Source of the DNA: Amoebidium appalachense
Taxonomy: Eukaryota > Protista > Ichthyosporea
Direction: 5' to 3'
DNA length: 64,000 bases
NCBI GenBank assembly: GCA_963693365.1
Contig: CAVNZM010000015.1
Location: 3,975,502 to 4,039,501 of the forward strand
Within the stretch, counting starts at the first letter, position 1. The number at the start of each line of letters is the position of its first letter. The translations under genes and the position numbers were made by a program. This document shows, piece after piece, positions 57,170 to 64,000 of the stretch. Below the pieces are notes generated by a model, which did no database searches, was not told where the DNA came from, and saw nothing but the letters and a program-made list of their open reading frames with translations.

Positions 57170-57909
57170 GCACGCGTGGCAAGCACAGACAAACAAACCC
57201 ATACACAACTTGTGACACGAAAAGCTTTCGCGATTCAGTGGCCGCCCAAAACTTGAACGTGTCGATCACGAGACACAATAACAATTCGAGAAACCCACCA
57301 TGTCTTACTTATGCACTGCTTGCTTTCCACCATATACAGCCGCTGGTGATATAAAAAAAAAATTATTTTTTTTCTCCCCGAGTATTCATGTCTGATCGAT
57401 AAAGGGGACTTGCCCACTATTATGTTCCCTAGCTCGGAAAGCTTGCTTGTGGGTGTGTGTTTTGCACACGCAAACATTTACATCATACATACATATTGTA
57501 CCTTAACGAACCGTTAACTATGATTTTCTTATAGTATATGAAGTACATAAGAAGCTCAATGGAACAACTCAATGCACTAAATAACGTGTTGCCAACGCTG
57601 TGCAGTGTTAAAATGCTTTCCCTTTTCCAAACGGAAATGCAAGACGCCCTTGTGTGCGCACCATTCACTGCATGCAACCCATCAACCTTTTTTTTTATTT
57701 TCTTTTCTTTTCTTTTCCCTCGCGACTTGTGAAAACGTGTGGACCGTGTACTCACTAGCAATGCCATCTAATTTTTTGTGCATGCTCGCTACTTGTGTAA
57801 TTTAACAATATCATCAGATTCTGAAACAGTAACTAAGCAGCCGCCTCATTGTAATAGACGAGCCATCTTCCAACCAGAGATTTTAAAGGAAACCCCACCA
57901 AACAAACGC

Positions 57910-58737
57910 ATGGAAAACACGTGCACGCCCAGGAAAAATGAAGAAAAAGAAAAATCCCCACCGTCTTTGGTTCAGAATCATCCACCAGATGACCCTGATT
58001 CTTTAAGAGTGACTTGTTTAACCCGTTCAGAATCATCCACCAGATGACCCTGATTCTTTAATCGTGACTTGTTTAACCCATCATAATGAAATGAATAACG
58101 GTTCACCCTGGGAACGTAGTTCACCCGAAAGAGAATTAGGTTTCCACCTCCGAAACTCAGTGCGTGTGAGTGCAGAAATCTCCAGTTCACAAGAGCGAAC
58201 ACCATCAGATGCTCAAGGACTGGAAAAGGGAAACGTTGTGGGAACACCAACATCACCACCACACACTTGAACATCACTGATGTTCCCGTGGTAGATGGAG
58301 AGAGATTGGTTCAAACACGCTGGCCTCGACCGGAACATCGACTACCACGCGCCTACTACCTCACGTCATGCATTGCTTTTTTGGTCATGTTGGTTGTGCT
58401 TGCGATACAAGCGGCGATTATGATTCTAACAGTAATGAAAGAAGCCGTAAACCCGTTATACTACATCGAAGAAGCAACCAGAGCCTTTACCCTCAGTTAA
58501 AAGATGGGTAACTCCACTGAGAAAACATTGGCGGCGGCTCAACTCGTCCACACGCTGAATCACTTCACGCATGATCTTGAGCCAGTGTTTTGCGTGCAAA
58601 AGATTTTTCAACATCGGTGCACTGCTCCTTGGGGGTGTGCATATCGTTGGTGCTCTATTGGCGACACACCGACTCGGTCAAGTCAAGAGGCAAGCAGCAT
58701 TTGATACAACTCAGTGTGGCTATTTTTGGTCTGCAGG
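57910..58737 (+). pseudogene. Probable decayed (or mis-assembled) multi-TM membrane protein gene
   Basis: Chain of protein-like ORF pieces in different frames, including hydrophobic YLTSCIAFLVMLVVLAIQAAIMILTV and FFNIGALLLGGVHIVGALLA. Interrupted by stops and by a 55-bp tandem duplication (57970-58024/58025-58079). Ends at a CAG|GTAGGA donor-like site. Confidence 0.4.
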
Positions 58738-59345
58738 TAGGATACACCTCCTGCCTCCCCCCCTCCCCCCTCCCCCCCCCCCCCCTTCCCCTCCCCCCTG
58801 CCCTTCCCCCTCCCCCCCCCCCTCCAAAAAAAGAAAACCTTTTAAAAAAAAAGGAAAGAAAGACTTTGAAACCTTGCCTATTTCAGAGGGCCGTGCCTTG
58901 CCCCCTCCCCCCCCCCCCTCCCCCCCTCCCCCCATACCCCCCATCCCCTCCCCCTCCCCCCTCCCCCCTCCCCCCCCCCCCCCCACTCATGCGCACACAC
59001 GTTCACACCCGTGGGCTATGTTGTGAAGGATTAGTATTGTTGCTTGCAGTCTGAATCAGATGTATGTTTTCCGGCGAACTGACAAATTTCTATCCCCTCT
59101 CCCTTCCCCCAAATCTGTGGCCATGTTACCTCTCCTCCCCCCCTTCCCCCCCCCCCTCCCCACCCCCTCAACCCCTTCCCCGCTCACCCACTCCCCCTCT
59201 CCCGCCCGCCTCCTCCCCTCCCCCTGGCCCCCCACCTCCCCCTCCCCCCCTCCTCTTCCCCCCTCGTCCCCCCCCCCCCCCCCCCGGCCCGCCCCCAAAT
59301 AAAAAATGGGTGCTTCACGAGAGAGAGGCTACACCGTAATATCGA

Positions 59346-59420
59346 GCGCACTCACGGCGTTCTCGTTTTGCACGATATGCTCGGGCGCACTCACGGCGTT
59401 CTCGTTTTGCACGTTATGCT
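59346..59420. repeat. Two-copy 39-bp-period tandem repeat followed by an A-run
   Basis: GCGCACTCACGGCGTTCTCGTTTTGCACG.TATGCT twice; poly-A at 59435-59464. Confidence 0.8.
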
Positions 59421-59430
59421 CTTTGAATAC

Positions 59431-59465
<35 letters not shown>

Positions 59466-61044
59466 CATAAAAAAATAAATAAATAAACTCTCACACCAAT
59501 ATTGAATTATGAATTATGAATTTACCAAGTTTGAACTGAAAAAAATGGCCCTCGTTCCGGGGCCCGCGATGAACCACGCACAGAACTAACTCTGACAAAA
59601 TCAACCAATTTTTTCCAAAGAGGTCAGTCTTGGTGTCCTTCAAGCGATTTCGGACAGAATCTACGTATTCTTCTCGGTTTGATGGTTTTTGGGACACTTG
59701 CCGGAATTGCATATTTTTTGCAATTTACCGGCCGAGAGATATGATATTGAGGTGGATACACCCGGAATATCCCTTCCCGTAGAAAGCCAAGATCACGTGA
59801 ACCCATTGCCAAATCGGGAAGGCGAGTCGCAGCTTGAACCGTTAAAACCGTTAAAAACAATGAATGATTAATCGTGTATACTGCAAAACTTGATACTATA
59901 CACACCCAATGAAATGTAGGTGTGAATGCTATTTTTAGTGCTATCGTCATGATGACGTTTTGCTCGTAAATTACGTCGTGTTTGAGCGGTAATACCGCAA
60001 AATTGTGTAGAGTATTATCATTGGCTTGCCGTAGGCGGCGTCCATGGACTCGTAGAATTAGGGGGGGGGGGGGGGGGGGGGGATTGGTTTCAGAATTTTC
60101 TGCGCGTGATTCAATGATTGTTGTATAGTGAAGTAGATTTTCTGGTGTAATGGGGGGGGGGGGGGGGGGGGGGGGCTATTAGCTCGTATTGATGTGATGA
60201 ATTCTAACAGAGTATTTACCACATGAAAATACGGCATACAAAGTTGGTGTGCGGAAGAGCCCAGCCTTTGTCGTATGGTGAGAGAGACAATACTCTAACA
60301 TTGGTCTGTATAACCCTCTGTAAATTTAGGTTGTGCGAAATTGGATAACCCCGTATTGTATATATGTTGGGTTGGACCATGCAGTGGCCAAGATTAATCA
60401 ACTTAATAGGGGATAGCATATTCCGTAACTATGTCACACTAAAAGTGAACGGCTATGGCATTATTGTAGGCTATTATCATGTTATTAAATATTGCAATCT
60501 TGACTGATTACATGTATGCAGATAACATGGATGCAGTAGCCTGTAAATTTGAATATCTTAAACAGGTTGACTGTATTTCGTTGTGTTGTGTGGTGAAATT
60601 CGCTCTGTCACTAAGGGGGGGGGGGGGGGGGGGGGGGGGAGGTGGGGGGGAGGGGGGGGGGGAGGGGGGGGGGGGGGGGTGTAATAGGCACAATTGGGTT
60701 GCCGTTTGTGAGCCCCGATGACACAATACCATGCTTGAACTCAGCGGCTTTTCACGCCTGTGAACAGAAATTATTGCACACATGCAATCGAATATTCAAA
60801 AATTATAAAAAGTTCATTAATGGTGATTCCTCCGTCATTGCTAATTGTAAATTACAATACAATATTTCCAACTCCCCTTATCCCTGCAAGGCGCTACATG
60901 GCCATGTTACATACTTAATTTTTGTGCGCATTTTCCGAATTAAAATGCACCGTCACCGTGACCTGCCTTCTTGCTTTCCGAGCCTCGTTGTGTTCGGTGG
61001 GCAGTAGACAACCCCTCTCTTTCGTGGAGTAGTACACCGTTGAA

Positions 61045-61080
<36 letters not shown>

Positions 61081-61277
61081 CACCCCAACCCTTCCGCCAG
61101 TCTCTCTCTATGTCCGGGGCCTGCCCATGGTCACAGTGGCGTGCAATTTGGAAAATGAAGGGGGGAGGAGGGGGGGGGAGAATGGTGGGGCCGGCATTGC
61201 CAAGATGCGCGGCTATATTTGTGTTACGGTGTGTGTGTGTGTTGTGTGTGTGTGTGCGCAAGCGTGTGCGTGCGTGT

Positions 61278-61334
<57 letters not shown>

Positions 61335-61437
61335 TGTGAGTGAGTGTGTGTGTGTGTGTGTGTGTGTTTGTTTAATACTGTGTGTACGTGTGCTTTTGTG
61401 CCCACACCTGTGTGTATATCTACGTGAGTGAGTGAGT

Positions 61438-61477
<40 letters not shown>

Positions 61478-62011
61478 GTGTGCGCGCACGTGTGTGGTGT
61501 GGTGCGTGCGTGCGTGCGTGCATGCTGTGCCATGTGTTTGTGTGAGTGTGCACTTTCAGTCGTGTGTGTGTGTGTGTGTGTGTGTGCGTGTGTGTGCGCG
61601 CACGTGTGTGGTGTGGTGCGTGCGTGCGTGCGTGCATGCTGTGCCATGTATTTGTGTGTGAGTGTGCACGTTCAGTCGTGTGTGTGTGTGTGTGTCTGTG
61701 TGTCTGTGTGTGCATGTGTGTTACACTAAGCGCTTGTGTGTGGGCGTGGGGGGCAGGGGGTGGGGGGGAGAGGGGGGGGAGGGGGGGGGAGGGGGGGGGG
61801 GGGGAGGGGGGGATTCTCAAAAGCTCATCATTGCATGACTCCCCGGTGTTTACCTCTCTACCGTCAAAGTCTCACGGTGTGTACACCAAACACGGACACT
61901 TGTGGCCAGCTGCAGCGTTATACATGAGCAGTTAACATACGTCATATACTTGGTGCCATGCAGTGGCACTGCCTGGCTGCCTGCAGCTGCACGTATGTGA
62001 ATCAGATACCC

Positions 62012-62043
<32 letters not shown>

Positions 62044-63087
62044 ACCCTGTCCCCGTCTCTCGCCTCGGACCCTAAATGCCGGCTTAAGCTCAGTGGGGCC
62101 CAGGATTGTTTGTGGTGGCCGGTGGTGGGGAGGGGGGGGGGGGGGGGGAGGACATCATCTGATTATGCAGGGATATTGCTACCAAAAAAAAAAAAATTCT
62201 TATCCACATGCATAGCGGCACTCCGTCCATTGTAAACATGTACAGGCTGTGTTGACTGCACAGGTGCATGTACATAAATGTGGCTGGTGGTGTGTGGTGT
62301 GTGTGAGAGCATATCGGGGTGTGTGTGTGTGTGCATGTGTGTGTGTGTGCATGTGTGTGTGCGCGCGAGTGTATGTGTTCAAATTTGTGTGGGTCACGGT
62401 TGTGAACACCGGAAGTTCAACCACAGCTTTGATAAGTGTTCAAGTGTTGAGGCTCGAGACAAGAGACTCATTTACCATGATATAGTTTTGTATTTATAAT
62501 TATTCTCTTCAGGTTCATTCAGTGTGAACAGGTTGTGTTTACATGTGTATGTGCATACGACAAGAATGTGTTCATATGCACCAAAACACCAAGACACTCT
62601 GTGTCCGTTACACTGCGCATCGACTATCGTTTAGGAAACACCAAACTTCAAATAAACACAGCAAATGTTCATCGGATGGCAACACAACTTCCGAAACGAA
62701 CTACAACAAGTAATAGTTAAGTATAGGGTCATTCGTCGGATTAAATTCTGGTCGAACACGTCGGACAAGCTGTCAAACACATCAGGGGAAAAAAGCGAGA
62801 TCTAAAGCAAAATGTGACTCAGTCAACATCAACACCTGCTAAACCACAGCGATAGTTATGGTGAGAAGCATGTGCACAATGCTCGAGTCTGACTGCCTAC
62901 GCTCTCAGATACCATTTTTTACTAATGTTGGCCCAACCACGATAGTTTATAAATCCAACCACCCCCCCCCCCCCCCCCCCCCTCCAAGAAACAATTTAAA
63001 CAATTCAAATACACAACTAAGCAGATATAAGTAAATAAGTGAAATAAAAATAAAGATAAATTACAACGAGGTTAAGTTGCAGACCGT

Positions 63088-63440
63088 CTATCCTTGCGGT
63101 GCCTGGTAGAGAGGGTTCACCGTATTCACCCCTCCGTCATATGCCGGATTTGTCTGGGGTACACCCGTCACAAAAGCATTGGCTGGGGCTGCCGCCGCAG
63201 CACCTCCTCCCATGTTCACGGCCGCCGCTACACCGGCACCAATAAGACCCACTCCTGCCGCTGAACCTGTGGGGGTAAAAAGAGAAAGGGTGAGTATGCA
63301 TATGTGTCTGAAAACGGGTGTATATGTGCTTTTTATGCTTGTGGACGCGGGTATGAACATAAGTGACTGGCTTCCTAGAGTCATGGCCATGAAAAGCATA
63401 CAAGGAGATGTGCCGTGTGTGTGTGTGTTATTATGTGTAT

Positions 63441-63471
<31 letters not shown>

Positions 63472-63472
63472 T

Positions 63473-63503
<31 letters not shown>

Positions 63504-63767
63504 TGTGTGCGTGTGTGTGCGTGCTTGAGAGTGGCGGTAAAAATGATTTTCCTCTTTTATTTTCTTCTACTTCTACTACATCTTTCTTTCGTTCCTTCCT
63601 TATGTTTCCTTTCCTTCTTCAAACCCTTTCTTTTTCTTTTTTTTCCTTGGGGGCGGGCGCCGGGGAGGGGTAGAGGGGTAATAGACATACCCAAAACGAT
63701 GCCAGCGACTGTGCCTGCACTGGTGCCGCTGTCTTCCGACCTCGAGTCCTGAGTGGCCAGCGGCTCT
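63088..63767 (-). CDS. Last two exons of a single-pass receptor with integrin-beta/Sib-like double-NPxY cytoplasmic tail (5' part outside window)
   Basis: Exons 63767-63691 and 63266-63088 splice in frame to EPLATQDSRSEDSGTSAGTVAGIVLGSAAGVGLIGAGVAAAVNMGGG...QTNPAYDGGVNTVNPLYQAPQG*: a Gly/Ala-rich TM with GxxxG motifs and terminal NPAY and NPLY. Confidence 0.75.
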
Positions 63768-64000
63768 CTGCAGAGTTAAAAGTGTGAGGATACATTCTAA
63801 TGTGCAATGCAACAGCTTAGTGCGTTGGTATGACCAATGGCTTGCGAGAGAGTTAACATACACACATACGCGCGGAAAGTGTTTTTAAAACGCTTACTGC
63901 AAATTGATCGGCCTTAACATTTCAAAACCATGCCAAAAACATGCAACCGAGTTGTTATGGGAAAACCCCATACTTCAATGATGGCATCAATAATATAGGG

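Overview
Eukaryotic genomic DNA with GT-AG spliceosomal introns packed with poly-G/poly-C, (CA)n/(GT)n and (CT)n/(GA)n tracts. Most of the supplied ORFs are translations of these microsatellites. Hand-assembled genes: an Lsm10-like Sm protein with an RG tail (+, 5 exons), an intronless Myc-like bHLH-Zip, a ~19 kb multi-exon GTF3C4/Tfc8-like TFIIIC subunit (-), a DEP-domain tail-anchored protein (-), an intronless type II membrane protein with C-type-lectin-like and ricin-type lectin motifs (-), and the 3' end of a receptor with an integrin-beta/Sib-like double-NPxY tail (-). The gene set suggests a unicellular holozoan (inference only). Between Lsm10 and Myc is a ~6.5 kb cluster of APE-RT non-LTR retrotransposons: one copy with intact ORF2, a nearly identical 5'-truncated copy with a 12-bp TSD, and a remnant of a diverged relative. 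All end in GTAAACCCC rather than poly(A), and a non-coding segment on the opposite strand carries the same terminus. Also present are a TTAA-flanked MITE, several minisatellites (some built from splice sites) and a probable decayed membrane-protein gene. All homology calls come from motif recognition by eye; no searches were run.
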